Source: an uncultured Alcanivoracaceae bacterium | Lineage (GTDB): Bacteria; Pseudomonadota; Gammaproteobacteria; Pseudomonadales; Alcanivoracaceae | DNA length: 64,000 bases | NCBI GenBank assembly: GCA_964389795.1 | Contig: CAYMEY010000008.1 | Span: 14,851 to 78,850, forward strand | Direction of reading: 5' to 3' | Part shown: piece by piece, positions 50,206 to 64,000 of the stretch | Layout of the letters: every line of letters starts with the position of its first letter | How positions within the stretch are numbered: the stretch's first letter is position 1 | Program-made: the position numbers and the translations under genes | Notes under the pieces: generated by a model | Database searches by the model: none | Seen by the model: only the letters and a program-made list of their open reading frames with translations | What the model was told of the DNA's origin: nothing

Positions 50206-51668
50206 GTGTGGCACTGTCCACATTGCTGCCTGATCAACCGCTGCCCGCAGCGGTTGCTGCGCGTCTGGTGTCCGGTCTGAGTCAGGACAGTCGTCGCCTG
50301 CAACCAGGTGAGGTCTTCATTGCGGTGCCGGGTGTGCAGGGCGATGGCCGTCAGTATATCGATGCGGCATTGCACGCCGGCGCCCATGCGGTGCTGACCG
50401 AGTCCGGCCATGCCTCGCTGGCGGAGCTCGCCGGTGTGCCGATTATCGGTGTGCCCGGGCTGCACAAGCGCGTCGGTGAAATTGCTGCGCACTTCTACGG
50501 TGAGCCAGCCAAAGGGCTGGAGTTTATTGCTGTCACCGGCACCAATGGCAAAACCAGCACCAGCTGGTTCCTGCGTGACGCTTTGGCGTTTCTTGGTCGC
50601 CGTGTTGGTCTGGTCGGCACCTTCGGTATGCAATGCCATGGTGTGGATATCGAAACCGGCCACACCACACCGGACGCCATCAGTCTGCATGCGGGGCTTG
50701 CACAGTTCCGTGCACAACAGGTTGAAGTGGTGTCGATGGAAGCCTCGTCGCATGCGCTGCATCAGCATCGGCTCGATGGTGTGCCCATCAGCACCGCAAT
50801 CTTTACCAATCTCAGTCGTGATCATCTCGATTATCACGGCGACATGGACAGCTACTTCGCCGCCAAGGCAAAACTGTTCCTGCGTCCTGAGCTGCAGTTG
50901 GCGGTGATCAACACCGCTGACAGTCGTGGCGAGCAACTGCGTAAGAAGATTGCCGACAGGGCGCGCGTGCTCAGCTATGCCGCCAATGATGCCGACATTT
51001 ACAGCGCCGACTGGCGTGCGGATGCCACGGGTATGACCTTTACCCTATGCCTGCCAGAAGCACAGGTGACCTGCAGTGTGCCGGTGTATGGCCGCTTCAA
51101 TCTGGAAAACCTGCTGGCGGTGGCGGCGGTGCTGCATGGTTGGAACTACGACGCCGATGACATTGCTGCGGCACTGGCCCATATCACGCCGGTGCCCGGA
51201 CGCATGCAGCGTATCGGTACACAGGGTCCGCGTGTGCTGGTGGATTATGCGCATACGCCGGATGGCCTGGAGAAGGCATTGGCTGCCGTGCGTGATCATT
51301 TTTCAGGTCGGCTGATCTGTGTGGTCGGCTGTGGTGGCAATCGTGATGCCGGTAAGCGTCCGCAGATGGCGGCGCTGGCAGAACAGCTGGCAGATATGCT
51401 GGTAATCACTTCCGACAACCCGCGTCATGAAGCGCCGCAGGCAATCGTCGCGGACATGCTTGGCGGTATCCGTGATGCCAATGCGGTCAGCGTGCAAATT
51501 GATCGTCGCCTCGCCATTGAGCAGGCTGTCGCCGATGCCGGCGCCGATGATGTGGTGCTGATCGCCGGCAAAGGGCACGAAACGTATCAGGAAATTGGCG
51601 CCGAAAAACTGCCGTTTGATGATCGCGTGGTGGCGGCGCAGGCATTGCAGCAGCGAGGTGCCGCATGA
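50202..51668 (+). CDS. murE: UDP-MurNAc-L-Ala-D-Glu:meso-DAP ligase MurE
   Basis: GTNGKTST P-loop and a DNPR motif (TSDNPRHE). Position in the dcw cluster. Confidence 0.96.
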   Translation: MSVALSTLLPDQPLPAAVAARLVSGLSQDSRRLQPGEVFIAVPGVQGDGRQYIDAALHAGAHAVLTESGHASLAELAGVPIIGVPGLHKRVGEIAAHFYGEPAKGLEFIAVTGTNGKTSTSWFLRDALAFLGRRVGLVGTFGMQCHGVDIETGHTTPDAISLHAGLAQFRAQQVEVVSMEASSHALHQHRLDGVPISTAIFTNLSRDHLDYHGDMDSYFAAKAKLFLRPELQLAVINTADSRGEQLRKKIADRARVLSYAANDADIYSADWRADATGMTFTLCLPEAQVTCSVPVYGRFNLENLLAVAAVLHGWNYDADDIAAALAHITPVPGRMQRIGTQGPRVLVDYAHTPDGLEKALAAVRDHFSGRLICVVGCGGNRDAGKRPQMAALAEQLADMLVITSDNPRHEAPQAIVADMLGGIRDANAVSVQIDRRLAIEQAVADAGADDVVLIAGKGHETYQEIGAEKLPFDDRVVAAQALQQRGAA

Positions 51669-53008
51669 AGCTGTCGCAGGTGGCGCAACTGACGCACGGT
51701 ACGCTGGTGGGTGAAGACTGCGCATTCGAGCGTGTCAGCACAGACACCCGTAGCTTGCAGCCCGGCGATCTGTTTGTGGCATTGCGAGGCGACAATTTCG
51801 ATGCCCATGATTTTGCCGAGCAGGCCCGTGCGCAGGGTGCCTGCGCTGCATTGGTGGAAAAGCCGGTGGCGGCGTTTGAGCGCTATGTTCAGGTGCAGGA
51901 CAGTCGTCGCGGTTTTGGTTTGTTGGCGGCGGGTTGGGCAGACCAGTTCAGCGCCACCCGCATTGCCGTTACCGGTAATGCCGGCAAGACCACGGTCAAG
52001 GAAATGATTGCCTGCATGCTCGGTGAGCAGGTGCTGGCCACGCGCGGCAACCTTAACAACGACATCGGCGTGCCGATGACATTGCTGTCGCTGCAGGCAC
52101 AACATCGTTTTGGAGTGTTTGAGCTGGGCGCCAACGCACCCGGTGAAATTGCCTGGACGGTCTCCCTGGTGCGCCCGAGCGTGGCGCTGATCACCAATGT
52201 CACCGGTGCGCATCTTGAGGGCTTCGGCAGCATGCAGGGGATTGCCAATGCCAAGGCAGAAATATTCAGTGCCGTACGTGATGGTGGTGTCGCCATCATC
52301 AATCGCGATGACGACTTCGCGGCATTCTTTGCAGAGCAAGCGCAGCGTCATGGCGTCACCTGTATCCATGTAGGCCGTGCGCCGGGCAATGATCTCTATC
52401 TCAGCAAAGAAGTGGTGCACGCGGACAGCAGCGACGCTGTGTTGCATGGTGATGGCGAAACCTTTGCATTGCATCTGCCATTGCCGGGCGCGCACCAGTT
52501 CAGTAACGCCTTGATGGCGCTGGCGGCCGTGCGCGCGGCGGGCATTCCGTTGGCGACAGCCGTCGCACGTCTGCGTCAGCTTGCGCCGGTCAAGGGGCGC
52601 ATGAATATCTCGTCTTGTCTTGGCGGCACGCTGGTGGATGACAGCTATAACGCCAATCCGGGTTCGGTACGTGTCGCCATCGACTGGCTGGCAGCTCAGC
52701 AGCCACCGCGGGTGCTGGTGTTGGGCATGCTGGGTGAGCTGGGACCTGATGCCGACACCATCATGGTCGAGCTTGGTGCTTATGCACGCGCGGCAAAACT
52801 TGATCAGCTGGTGCTGGTGGGTGCCGCAGCAGTGGCCAACAGCGGCTTTGATCAGGCGGCGGACTGCGTGGCGGATGCTGCGGCCGCCGCGGCGCTGGTG
52901 GCATCTGCATTGGAGTCAGGGGGCACAGTGCTGGTGAAAGGATCACGCACTGCCCGCATGGAAGCCGTTATCGAGGCCCTGCGGGCAATGGGAGAGACAC
53001 ACGCATGA
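51665..53008 (+). CDS. murF: UDP-MurNAc-tripeptide:D-Ala-D-Ala ligase MurF
   Basis: [12 protein letters not shown]-loop and DDSYNANP motif. Confidence 0.96.
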   Translation: MKLSQVAQLTHGTLVGEDCAFERVSTDTRSLQPGDLFVALRGDNFDAHDFAEQARAQGACAALVEKPVAAFERYVQVQDSRRGFGLLAAGWADQFSATRIAVTGNAGKTTVKEMIACMLGEQVLATRGNLNNDIGVPMTLLSLQAQHRFGVFELGANAPGEIAWTVSLVRPSVALITNVTGAHLEGFGSMQGIANAKAEIFSAVRDGGVAIINRDDDFAAFFAEQAQRHGVTCIHVGRAPGNDLYLSKEVVHADSSDAVLHGDGETFALHLPLPGAHQFSNALMALAAVRAAGIPLATAVARLRQLAPVKGRMNISSCLGGTLVDDSYNANPGSVRVAIDWLAAQQPPRVLVLGMLGELGPDADTIMVELGAYARAAKLDQLVLVGAAAVANSGFDQAADCVADAAAAAALVASALESGGTVLVKGSRTARMEAVIEALRAMGETHA

Positions 53009-54087
53009 TTCTATGGCTGGCGGAATTCCTCGCTGAATATCACAAGGGCTTTCTGGTGCTGCAGTACATTACGCTGCGCGCCATTTTCAGTGTGCTGACG
53101 GCGCTGTTTATCGCCTTCTTTGTCGGTCCACACATGATCGCCAAGCTACGCCAGTATCAGGTCGGTCAGGCGATTCGCGAAGATGGTCCGAAAAGTCATT
53201 TCAGCAAGGCCGGCACACCGACCATGGGTGGCGCGCTGATACTGGTGGCGATCGCTCTGTCGACGTTGTTGTGGGCGGATCTTGAGAACCGCTTTGTCTG
53301 GATCACGCTGGGCGTGCTGGTGGTATTTGGTGCGGTTGGCTGGGTCGATGACTGGCGCAAGGTGGTACAGAAAAATTCTCGCGGTCTGCCAGCACGCTGG
53401 AAATACCTGTGGCAAAGTGTGGGCGCCCTCGGCGCCGCCTGTGCCTTGTATTTCACCGCACAGACGCCGGCTGAAACGCAACTGATCGTGCCGTTCTTCA
53501 AGTCGGTCAGTATCAATCTGGGCCTGTTCTATATTGTGCTCACCTACTTCGTCATTAACGGCACATCCAACGCCGTTAACCTCACCGATGGTCTCGACGG
53601 TTTGGCGATCATGCCGACGGTGCTGGTGGCGGGCGCGCTCGGAATCTTTGCCTATGCCACCGGCCACACTGAATTCTCCAGCTATCTGCACATTCCCTAT
53701 ATTGCCGGCGCCGGTGAGCTGGTGGTGATGGTCGCGGCAGTGTGCGGTGCCGGTCTCGGTTTTCTCTGGTTTAACACCTATCCGGCCCAGGTTTTTATGG
53801 GCGATGTGGGCGCGCTGGCGCTGGGCGCAATGCTCGGCGTGATGGCGGTGATTGTGCGGCAGGAAATTGTGCTGGCGATCATGGGTGGCGTGTTCGTGAT
53901 GGAAACCGTGTCGGTGATGTTGCAGGTGGCGTCCTTCAAGTTAACCGGTCGCCGCATTTTTCGCATGGCGCCGATTCACCATCATTTTGAGTTAAAAGGC
54001 TGGCCGGAGCCGAAAATTATTGTCCGGTTCTGGATCATCACTGTGATTCTGGTGTTGATCGGTTTGGCAACCTTGAAGATTCGCTAA
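53005..54087 (+). CDS. mraY: Phospho-MurNAc-pentapeptide translocase MraY
   Basis: 360 aa, polytopic. [13 protein letters not shown] and PIHHHFE motifs. Confidence 0.98.
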   Translation: MILWLAEFLAEYHKGFLVLQYITLRAIFSVLTALFIAFFVGPHMIAKLRQYQVGQAIREDGPKSHFSKAGTPTMGGALILVAIALSTLLWADLENRFVWITLGVLVVFGAVGWVDDWRKVVQKNSRGLPARWKYLWQSVGALGAACALYFTAQTPAETQLIVPFFKSVSINLGLFYIVLTYFVINGTSNAVNLTDGLDGLAIMPTVLVAGALGIFAYATGHTEFSSYLHIPYIAGAGELVVMVAAVCGAGLGFLWFNTYPAQVFMGDVGALALGAMLGVMAVIVRQEIVLAIMGGVFVMETVSVMLQVASFKLTGRRIFRMAPIHHHFELKGWPEPKIIVRFWIITVILVLIGLATLKIR

Positions 54088-54096
54088 GGAGCAGCG

Positions 54097-55422
54097 GTGA
54101 ACGAGCGGTTCGATCTGGTCATTGGCTTGGGTATCAGCGGGCAGTCCTGCTTGCGGTATCTGCTTGCCCAGCGCGAACCGGTCCGTGCTCTGGATACCCG
54201 TGCCCAACCGCCTGGCATCACGGAAACAGCGCAGGCGTTTTCAGATGTGCCGATGCATCTGGGTGGCTGGAATGAAGCCTGGTTGAATGCTGCACGCCGT
54301 CTGATCGTCAGTCCGGGTATTGCCATTGCGACGCCGGAGATCGCGCGACAGATAGCCGCCGGCAAGGAAGTGATTGGCGATATCGAGTTGTTCGCACGGG
54401 CCGCCGCTCAGCCAATTGCCGCGATTACCGGTTCCAATGCGAAAAGCACGGTCACCACCTTGTTGGCAGAAGTGGCTGCCGCCTGTGGCAAGCAGGCGTT
54501 GGCCGGTGGCAATCTCGGCACGCCGGCACTGGATCTGCTTGGACAAAATGCCGAACTTTATGTGCTGGAACTGTCCAGCTTCCAGCTCGAAACCACCTGG
54601 AGCCTTGGTGCACAGGTCGCCTGTGTGCTCAACCTGTCTGAAGATCATCTGGATCGCTACGCCAGCATGATGGATTACGTCGCCGCCAAGCAGCGCATTT
54701 ATGACGGCTGTGAAGTGGCGGTCTGGAATGCGGACGATGAACAAACCCGGCCGCAGCGCCCGGTGGCGAAATCACTGTCCTTCGGGATGTCTGCCACTGC
54801 GGATTTTCGTCTCGATTGCGCCCGCGGCATGTTGATGGCCCATGGTCAGGATCTGGTGCCGGTATCGTCGTTAACCATGCGCGGCAATCACAATGCCCTG
54901 AATGTGCTGGCGGTGCTGGCTATGGCAGAAGCCTTGTCATTGGATATGCAACGGGCGCTGAGCGCGGCGCAAGCATTTGCCGGACTGCCGCACCGTTGCA
55001 ATCTGGTGCTGGAGTCGCGGCAGGTGCAATGGTTTAACGACTCCAAAGGCACCAATGTCGGCGCCACGCTGGCGGCGCTGGAAGGCATCGGGCCATCGAT
55101 CTCCGGCCGTATCATTCTGATCGCCGGTGGTCAGGGCAAAGGTCAGGATTTCAGTGCGCTGGCGCAACCGGCGCAACGTTATCTGCGCGCTGCCATTCTG
55201 ATCGGTGAAGACGCACAGAAAGTGGCGGCCGGTCTGGTGGGTGTCGATTGTCACCATGCCGCAGACATGCAGGATGCGGTGCGCCGCGCTTCCTTGCTGG
55301 CAGAAGCCGGCGATGCGGTGCTGTTGTCACCGGCCTGTGCCAGCTTCGACATGTTCAAGGGTTATGCCGATCGCGGCGATGCCTTTGTGCGCGCAGTGCG
55401 GGAGGTATCCCATGCTGCTTAG
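54097..55422 (+). CDS. murD: UDP-MurNAc-L-Ala:D-Glu ligase MurD
   Basis: GLGISGQS Rossmann N-terminus and GSNAKSTV P-loop. GTG start. Confidence 0.95.
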   Translation: MNERFDLVIGLGISGQSCLRYLLAQREPVRALDTRAQPPGITETAQAFSDVPMHLGGWNEAWLNAARRLIVSPGIAIATPEIARQIAAGKEVIGDIELFARAAAQPIAAITGSNAKSTVTTLLAEVAAACGKQALAGGNLGTPALDLLGQNAELYVLELSSFQLETTWSLGAQVACVLNLSEDHLDRYASMMDYVAAKQRIYDGCEVAVWNADDEQTRPQRPVAKSLSFGMSATADFRLDCARGMLMAHGQDLVPVSSLTMRGNHNALNVLAVLAMAEALSLDMQRALSAAQAFAGLPHRCNLVLESRQVQWFNDSKGTNVGATLAALEGIGPSISGRIILIAGGQGKGQDFSALAQPAQRYLRAAILIGEDAQKVAAGLVGVDCHHAADMQDAVRRASLLAEAGDAVLLSPACASFDMFKGYADRGDAFVRAVREVSHAA

Positions 55423-56569
55423 GGACTTCGTCATGATGCGTGCGCCGCGCGACAACTGGTTGTTGTGTGCGGTACTGATGCTGGCGCTGACTGGTCTGGT
55501 GATGGTGACGTCGGCGTCGCTGCAGATCGCCGAAACCCGACTGGGTTCGCCATCCTATTTCGCACTACGCCATGCCATCTATTTGTGTCTGGCAATTGCT
55601 GCGGGTGCCTTGACCTATGTGCTGGTGCCCATGGCGCTGCTGGAGAAACTCCGGTATGTCGCACTGATTGGATCGGGCCTGGTGTTGGTGCTGGTGTTGT
55701 TTCCCGGCATTGGCCGTGAAGTGAATGGCTCGCAGCGCTGGATCAGTGTCGCCGGTTTCACTGTACAGCCTTCGGAAATCGCCAAGATGGGTTTTGTTAT
55801 CTATCTGGCGGGTTACATTCGCGAATGGCGCGAGCCGCTGCAGACCAGCTGGGCCGCCTTTCTCAAGCCGTTGGGTCTGCTGGGCGTGTTGACCTTTCTA
55901 CTTTTGCTGGAGCCGGACTTCGGCGCCGTCATGGTGCTGGGGCTGACCGCCATGGGCATGTTGTTCATGGCGGGTGTGCCCAGCAAGCGTTACCTGATCA
56001 TCATGCTGGTCGCCGCAGTGCTGGCCGCATTGATTGCAGTGGCACAGCCCTATCGGGTCATGCGCCTGATGAGTTTTCTTGATCCCTGGGCAGATCAGTT
56101 TGGTAGCGGCTATCAGCTCACCCAGAGCCTGATTGCTTTTGGTCGTGGCCATCTGTTTGGTGTCGGTCTCGGCAACAGCGTCCAGAAGCTGTTTTACCTG
56201 CCGGAGGCGCATACCGATTTTGTTTATGCGGTGATGGCTGAAGAGCTTGGTCTGATTGGCAACCTTGTTCTGATTTCACTGTTCTCGCTGGTGTGCTACC
56301 GCGTGTTCAATCTCGCCTTGCAGCTGCTGGAGCAGGGCAAGATTTTCGCCGGGCAGATGGTGCTTGGCTTCGGCCTGATCATTGCCGCACAGGCCTTTAT
56401 CAACATGGGCGTCAACATGGGCGTCTTGCCGACCAAGGGGCTGACGTTGCCTTTTGTCAGCTACGGCGGCAGCTCGCTGATTATTTGTGCCGTGATGATC
56501 GCGCTGATTCTGCGCGCCGAGCAGGATGAGACCGTTGTTACACCCACCCGCAAGGGGGTGCGCGCATGA
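55412..56569 (+). CDS. ftsW: SEDS-family lipid II flippase/polymerase FtsW
   Basis: ATG 55412 lies after GGGAGG and overlaps the murD end. Polytopic, with QPSEIAKM and PEAHTDF motifs. The 55205 track start is an artefactual extension. Confidence 0.94.
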   Translation: MLLRDFVMMRAPRDNWLLCAVLMLALTGLVMVTSASLQIAETRLGSPSYFALRHAIYLCLAIAAGALTYVLVPMALLEKLRYVALIGSGLVLVLVLFPGIGREVNGSQRWISVAGFTVQPSEIAKMGFVIYLAGYIREWREPLQTSWAAFLKPLGLLGVLTFLLLLEPDFGAVMVLGLTAMGMLFMAGVPSKRYLIIMLVAAVLAALIAVAQPYRVMRLMSFLDPWADQFGSGYQLTQSLIAFGRGHLFGVGLGNSVQKLFYLPEAHTDFVYAVMAEELGLIGNLVLISLFSLVCYRVFNLALQLLEQGKIFAGQMVLGFGLIIAAQAFINMGVNMGVLPTKGLTLPFVSYGGSSLIICAVMIALILRAEQDETVVTPTRKGVRA

Positions 56570-57628
56570 GTGCCAATATTCTGGTGATGGCTGGCGGTAC
56601 GGGTGGACATGTGATCCCGGCGTTAACCGTGGCAGAACTGCTGCGACAGCGTGGTTATGCGGTGCATTGGCTCGGTGCCGAGCAAGGCATCGAGAACCGA
56701 CTGGTGCCGGCGCAGGATTTCCCGTTACACCGCTTGCAGATTAGTGGCGTACGCGGTGGCGGTCTGGTGCGCAAGCTGACTGCGCCATTGAAGCTTTTCA
56801 TGGCGGTGCTGGCGGCGCGACGCGTCATTCGCCAGGTACGCCCAAAGCTGACACTGGGCTTTGGTGGCTTCGCCAGTGGTCCCGGTGGTCTGGCCTCAGT
56901 GCTCAGCGGCATCCCGCTGATTATCCATGAGCAGAATGCCGTGCCGGGCCTGACCAACCGTGTGTTGGCGCCACTTGCGCGTCTGGTGCTTCAGGGCTTT
57001 TCCGGTGCGTTCAAGCGCAATGCCATCACCGTCGGTAATCCGGTGCGCGATGCCATTGCTGCGCTACCGGCACCGTCATTGCGCTATGTGCAACGTCAAG
57101 GTCCGCTGCAGGTGCTGGTCACCGGCGGCAGTCAGGGCGCGCTGGCATTGAATAAAACGCTGCCCGCGGAGCTGGCGCGTGTGTTTGCAGTGGATCAGAT
57201 CGTGATTCGGCACCAGGCCGGCAAGCATCGCATTCAGGAAGCAGCGGACAGTTATGCCGGTACCGGACTCAATGTTCGGCTGGAAGAGTTTATCGATGAC
57301 ATGGCCGCGGCGTACGAGTGGGCTGATCTGGTGATCTGTCGGGCCGGTGCTGCGACGGTGTGTGAAGTGGCGGCGGCCGGTGTGGCGGCGTTGTTTGTGC
57401 CGCTGCCGACTGCGGTGGACGACCACCAGACATTCAATGCCCGTTGGCTCGCTGACCAGGGTGCCGCGCTACTGATTTCCCAGACGGCGCTGGAGCAGGG
57501 TGTGCTCAGTGGTCCCTTGAAAGAAGAATTGACCCGCACACGCTTGCAGGAAATTGCAACGCGTGCGCGCGCGCTGGCCATTACAGACAGCGCGGACAAG
57601 GTCGCAGGAATTTGTCAGGAGGTGATAC

Positions 57629-57639
<11 letters not shown>
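56566..57639 (+). CDS. murG: UDP-GlcNAc:lipid I GlcNAc transferase MurG
   Basis: [14 protein letters not shown]-terminus and GT28 C-domain. Confidence 0.97.
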
Positions 57640-60751
<3,112 letters not shown>

Positions 60752-60754
60752 TCC

Positions 60755-61987
60755 ATGGCAAACGTAACCAACGACAAGATGTTTGTGGGCCTGGATATCG
60801 GCACGTCGAAAGTGGTGGCGATTGTGGGCCAGACCGGACTGGATGGCTCGATGGAGATCGTCGGCATCGGCTCACACCCGTCGCGCGGTATGCGTCGTGG
60901 TGTGGTGGTGGATATCGAGGCAACGGTGAAATCGATTCAGCGCGCCGTAGAAGAAGCTGAGTTGATGGCGGGCTGTCAGGTGCATTCAGTCTATGCCGGC
61001 ATTGCCGGGTCGCACGTTCGCAGCTTGAATTCCCACGGCATGGTGGCCATTCGCGATCGCGAGGTGATGCAGGCGGATATTGATCGCGTTATTGATGCGG
61101 CGCAGGCGGTCGTCATCCCGGCCGACCAGAAGGTTCTGCATATACTGCCGCAGGAATTCATTGTCGATAACCAGGAGGGCGTGCGCGAGCCGATTGGCAT
61201 GAGCGGCGTTCGCCTCGAAGCAAAAGTGCATCTGGTGACCTGCGCAGTGAATGCGGCGCAGAACATTGAGAAATGTGTGCGTCGTTGTGGCCTGGAGGTT
61301 GAGGACATCACGCTGGAGCAGTTGGCATCCAGCTACTCGGTACTGACCGATGATGAGCGCGAGCTGGGCGTATGCCTGGTGGATATCGGTGGTGGCACGA
61401 CCGATATCGCGATCTTTACCGAAGGCGCAATTCGACACACCGCCAATATTCCGATTGCCGGTGATCAGGTCACCAATGACATTGCCATGGCGTTGCGCAC
61501 GCCCAAGCAGCATGCGGATGAACTGAAGATCAAATACGCCTGTGCCCTGACCCAACTGGCGGGCGCGGATGAAACCATCAAGGTGCCAAGTGTCGGTGAT
61601 CGTCCCCCGCGCACGCTTAGCCGGCAAAATCTGGCCGAGGTTGTGGAGCCGCGTTACGACGAGCTGTTCACCCTGGTACAGGCGGAGATTCGCCGCTCCG
61701 GTCTTGAAGAGATGATTCCGGGCGGCATTGTGCTGACCGGCGGCTCTTCAAAGATTGAAGGAGCAGTGGAATTGGCGGAAGAAATATTTCATATGCCAGT
61801 GCGGTTAGGTTCGCCGCAGGGCATATCCGGTCTCACCGATGTTGTGCGTAACCCGATTTACGCCACCGGTGTAGGCCTGCTTCTGTATGCGCAGAAGCAC
61901 GAGCACGATGATCGTCCGGTTCGTGGGCCGGGTGGTCAGGTGAACTGGATCGAGCGCTTCAAGCGCTGGTTCCAGGGCAACTTCTGA
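60755..61987 (+). CDS. ftsA: Cell-division protein FtsA
   Basis: VGLDIGTSKVVAIVG and [13 protein letters not shown] actin-fold motifs. 410 aa. Confidence 0.98.
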   Translation: MANVTNDKMFVGLDIGTSKVVAIVGQTGLDGSMEIVGIGSHPSRGMRRGVVVDIEATVKSIQRAVEEAELMAGCQVHSVYAGIAGSHVRSLNSHGMVAIRDREVMQADIDRVIDAAQAVVIPADQKVLHILPQEFIVDNQEGVREPIGMSGVRLEAKVHLVTCAVNAAQNIEKCVRRCGLEVEDITLEQLASSYSVLTDDERELGVCLVDIGGGTTDIAIFTEGAIRHTANIPIAGDQVTNDIAMALRTPKQHADELKIKYACALTQLAGADETIKVPSVGDRPPRTLSRQNLAEVVEPRYDELFTLVQAEIRRSGLEEMIPGGIVLTGGSSKIEGAVELAEEIFHMPVRLGSPQGISGLTDVVRNPIYATGVGLLLYAQKHEHDDRPVRGPGGQVNWIERFKRWFQGNF

Positions 61988-62047
61988 TGACGTCGCCAGC
62001 GTTGTCGGAATTGCAAACAAAACAGGGAAATTAACCGGGAGATCGTT

Positions 62048-63217
62048 ATGGCTATGCATTTCAAACTGGAAGACGGCGTACCGCATGGCGCGGTAATCAA
62101 AGTCGTTGGTGTGGGCGGCGGCGGCGGTAATGCTGTCGAACACATGGTGCGCTCCAATGTAGAGGGCGTGGAATTTATATGTGCGAATACCGATGCGCAG
62201 GCGCTGCGAAATGCTGCGACCAAGTCGGTGTTGCAGCTTGGCAACCAGGTCACCAAAGGTCTGGGTGCGGGCGCTAATCCGGATGTCGGCCGTCAGTCGG
62301 CGATTGAAGATCGCGAGCGTATCGCCGAATTGCTCGATGGTGCGGACATGGTGTTTGTGACTGCTGGCATGGGCGGTGGCACCGGTACCGGTGCGGCACC
62401 GATCGTTGCAGAAGTGGCGAAAGAGCTAGGCATCCTCACCGTTGCCGTGGTTACCAAGCCGTTCCCGTTCGAAGGCCGCAAGCGCATGCAGGTAGCCGAC
62501 GACGGTATTGCCGCATTGCGCGAGCATGTTGATTCGCTGATTACCATTCCGAATGAAAAACTTCAGGCGGTACTCGGCGGCGGCACGACCTTACTGGATG
62601 CCTTCAAGGCTGCCAACGATGTACTGCTTGGTGCCGTCAAAGGCATTTCCGATCTGATTACCAAGGGCGGCATCATCAACGTCGACTTCGCTGATGTGCG
62701 CACGGTAATGAGTGAAATGGGAATGGCGATGATGGGCTCTGGCACCGCACGCGGTGAGGGTCGCGCTGAAGAGGCTGCACGCAAAGCCATCTCCAGTCCG
62801 CTGCTGGAGGACATCGATATCCATGGCGCACGCGGTCTGCTGATTAACATCACCGCCAATGCCGACCTGACCCTGGAAGAGTACTACACGGTCAATAACA
62901 TCATTTATGAACTGGCGGGTACCGACGCCAATATCATTATTGGCACCGCGGTAGATCCGGAGCTCGGTGAGGACTTGTCGGTCACGGTTGTTGCCACCGG
63001 TCTGGGCGTTCAGCAGGAACTGAAAGTGGTGCGTGGTGGTCAATTACCCACAACCAGCCGCGGCGAGCCGAATTATCGGGAAATGGAGCGCCCGGCCGTG
63101 GAACGTCAGCGTCCTCAGGCCCAGCGTGCCAGTGGTCGCAGCGCACCCGCCGTGAACACCGCAGAGGATCTGGATTTCATTGATATTCCGACCTTCCTGC
63201 GGCGTCAGGCAGACTGA
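62048..63217 (+). CDS. ftsZ: Cell-division GTPase FtsZ
   Basis: GVGGGGGNAV, the GGGTGTG tubulin signature, and the C-terminal DIPTFLRRQAD peptide. Confidence 0.99.
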   Translation: MAMHFKLEDGVPHGAVIKVVGVGGGGGNAVEHMVRSNVEGVEFICANTDAQALRNAATKSVLQLGNQVTKGLGAGANPDVGRQSAIEDRERIAELLDGADMVFVTAGMGGGTGTGAAPIVAEVAKELGILTVAVVTKPFPFEGRKRMQVADDGIAALREHVDSLITIPNEKLQAVLGGGTTLLDAFKAANDVLLGAVKGISDLITKGGIINVDFADVRTVMSEMGMAMMGSGTARGEGRAEEAARKAISSPLLEDIDIHGARGLLINITANADLTLEEYYTVNNIIYELAGTDANIIIGTAVDPELGEDLSVTVVATGLGVQQELKVVRGGQLPTTSRGEPNYREMERPAVERQRPQAQRASGRSAPAVNTAEDLDFIDIPTFLRRQAD

Positions 63218-63322
63218 GGGGCGTAACGGCCAATGGTGCGTGGAACAACGTTCTGGTACCATTCGCGCCCTTGCGAAAAGGCACGCATCCTGCGGGATGC
63301 CGGATAGAGAAGCGATAATCCG

Positions 63323-64000
63323 ATGATCAGACAGCGTACGCTCAAGAACGTCATCCGGGCCACCGGGATCGGTCTGCATACGGGGGAGAAAGTCTACCTC
63401 ACTGTGCGTCCGGCCCCCGTGGATACCGGCATCATCTTCCGCCGCGTCGACCTCGACCCGGTTGTGGAAATCCCCGCCGTGGCGGAAAACGTTGGCGAGA
63501 CCACCCTCTCGTCCACGCTGGTAAAGGATGACGTCAAGGTTGGCACCGTTGAGCACCTGTTGTCGGCCATGGCCGGGCTCGGCATCGATAATGCATTTAT
63601 CGAGTTGTCCGCCCCGGAAGTGCCGATCATGGATGGCAGCGCCGGACCCTTTGTGTTCCTGCTGCAGTCCGCGGGCATCATGGAGCAGGATGCGGCGAAG
63701 AAATTCATTCGCATCAAGTCGCCGGTGGAAGTCTCCCACGAGGACAAGACCGCGACCTTCCTGCCGTTTGATGGCTTCAAGGTCAGCTTCTCGATCGAGT
63801 TCGATCACCCGGTATTCCGCGGCCGTACCCAGACCGCGAGCATTGATTTTTCCTCCACGTCCTTTGTGAAAGAGGTGGCGCGCGCCCGGACCTTTGGTTT
63901 TATGCGTGACATCGAGTTCCTGCGCAGCAAGAACCTGGCGCTGGGCGGCAGCGTGGACAATGCCATCGTCGTGGATGATTTCCGCATCCTCAACGAAGAC
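63323..64000 (+). CDS. lpxC: UDP-3-O-acyl-GlcNAc deacetylase LpxC (3' end cut by window edge; absent from the ORF track because no stop lies in the window)
   Basis: My manual translation from ATG 63323 reads [32 protein letters not shown]...[16 protein letters not shown]...[14 protein letters not shown], near-identical in pattern to E. coli LpxC. The frame is open to position 64000. Confidence 0.95.
   Translation, partial: MIRQRTLKNVIRATGIGLHTGEKVYLTVRPAPVDTGIIFRRVDLDPVVEIPAVAENVGETTLSSTLVKDDVKVGTVEHLLSAMAGLGIDNAFIELSAPEVPIMDGSAGPFVFLLQSAGIMEQDAAKKFIRIKSPVEVSHEDKTATFLPFDGFKVSFSIEFDHPVFRGRTQTASIDFSSTSFVKEVARARTFGFMRDIEFLRSKNLALGGSVDNAIVVDDFRILNED

Noticed and set aside
63284-63299. Small hairpin GCATCC-TGCG-GGATGC in the ftsZ-lpxC spacer.
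   Set aside because: It has a 6-bp stem without a U-run, in a region expected to hold the lpxC promoter and 5'-UTR. That is not enough to call a regulatory element.

Overview
This is a GC-rich gammaproteobacterial chromosomal core segment with almost no non-coding space. I call about 68 CDS and one RNA gene (rnpB).

Gene order, left to right:
- mreB(partial)-mreC-mreD-maf-yhdP, a C-N hydrolase, then tldD
- yjgA and pmbA, divergent
- an unknown membrane protein, then mgtE
- On the minus strand: kdsD-kdsC-lptC-lptA-lptB-rpoN-hpf-ptsN-rapZ-ptsO
- mlaC-ibaG-murA-hisG-hisD-hisC
- A DUF2189-like membrane protein, a DegS/AlgW-type protease, a Nif3-family protein, a lipid kinase, sat, yhcB, an alpha/beta hydrolase, zapE and an aldo-keto reductase
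- rplM-rpsI, petABC, sspAB, then an LTA-synthase-family enzyme
- dolP-diaA-yraN-lpoA on the minus strand, then rsmI, rnpB and a small ORF
- The complete dcw cluster (mraZ-rsmH-ftsL-ftsI-murE-murF-mraY-murD-ftsW-murG-murC-ddl-ftsQ-ftsA-ftsZ) and the start of lpxC, which runs off the window and is therefore absent from the ORF track

From memory, this order is close to the Pseudomonas/E. coli arrangement of the same blocks.

I found no IS elements, integrases, phage genes, CRISPR arrays, toxin-antitoxin pairs or defence genes. I do not find support for an undescribed multi-gene system here. The window looks like ordinary housekeeping DNA.

The points worth a second look are small-scale:
- A probable non-canonical ATC start for mreC
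- Two triplets of 10-bp-phased GTGGG (MraZ-box-like) repeats between the predicted dcw promoter and the mraZ start codon
- An orphan mlaC whose mlaFED and mlaB partners are missing from the conserved locus
- rng missing between maf and yhdP
- An LTA-synthase-family gene inserted between sspB and dolP
- Two distantly similar uncharacterised membrane proteins
- Head-to-head overlapping yjgA and pmbA starts

All product calls come from reading the translations by eye against remembered family motifs and synteny. No database search was run.
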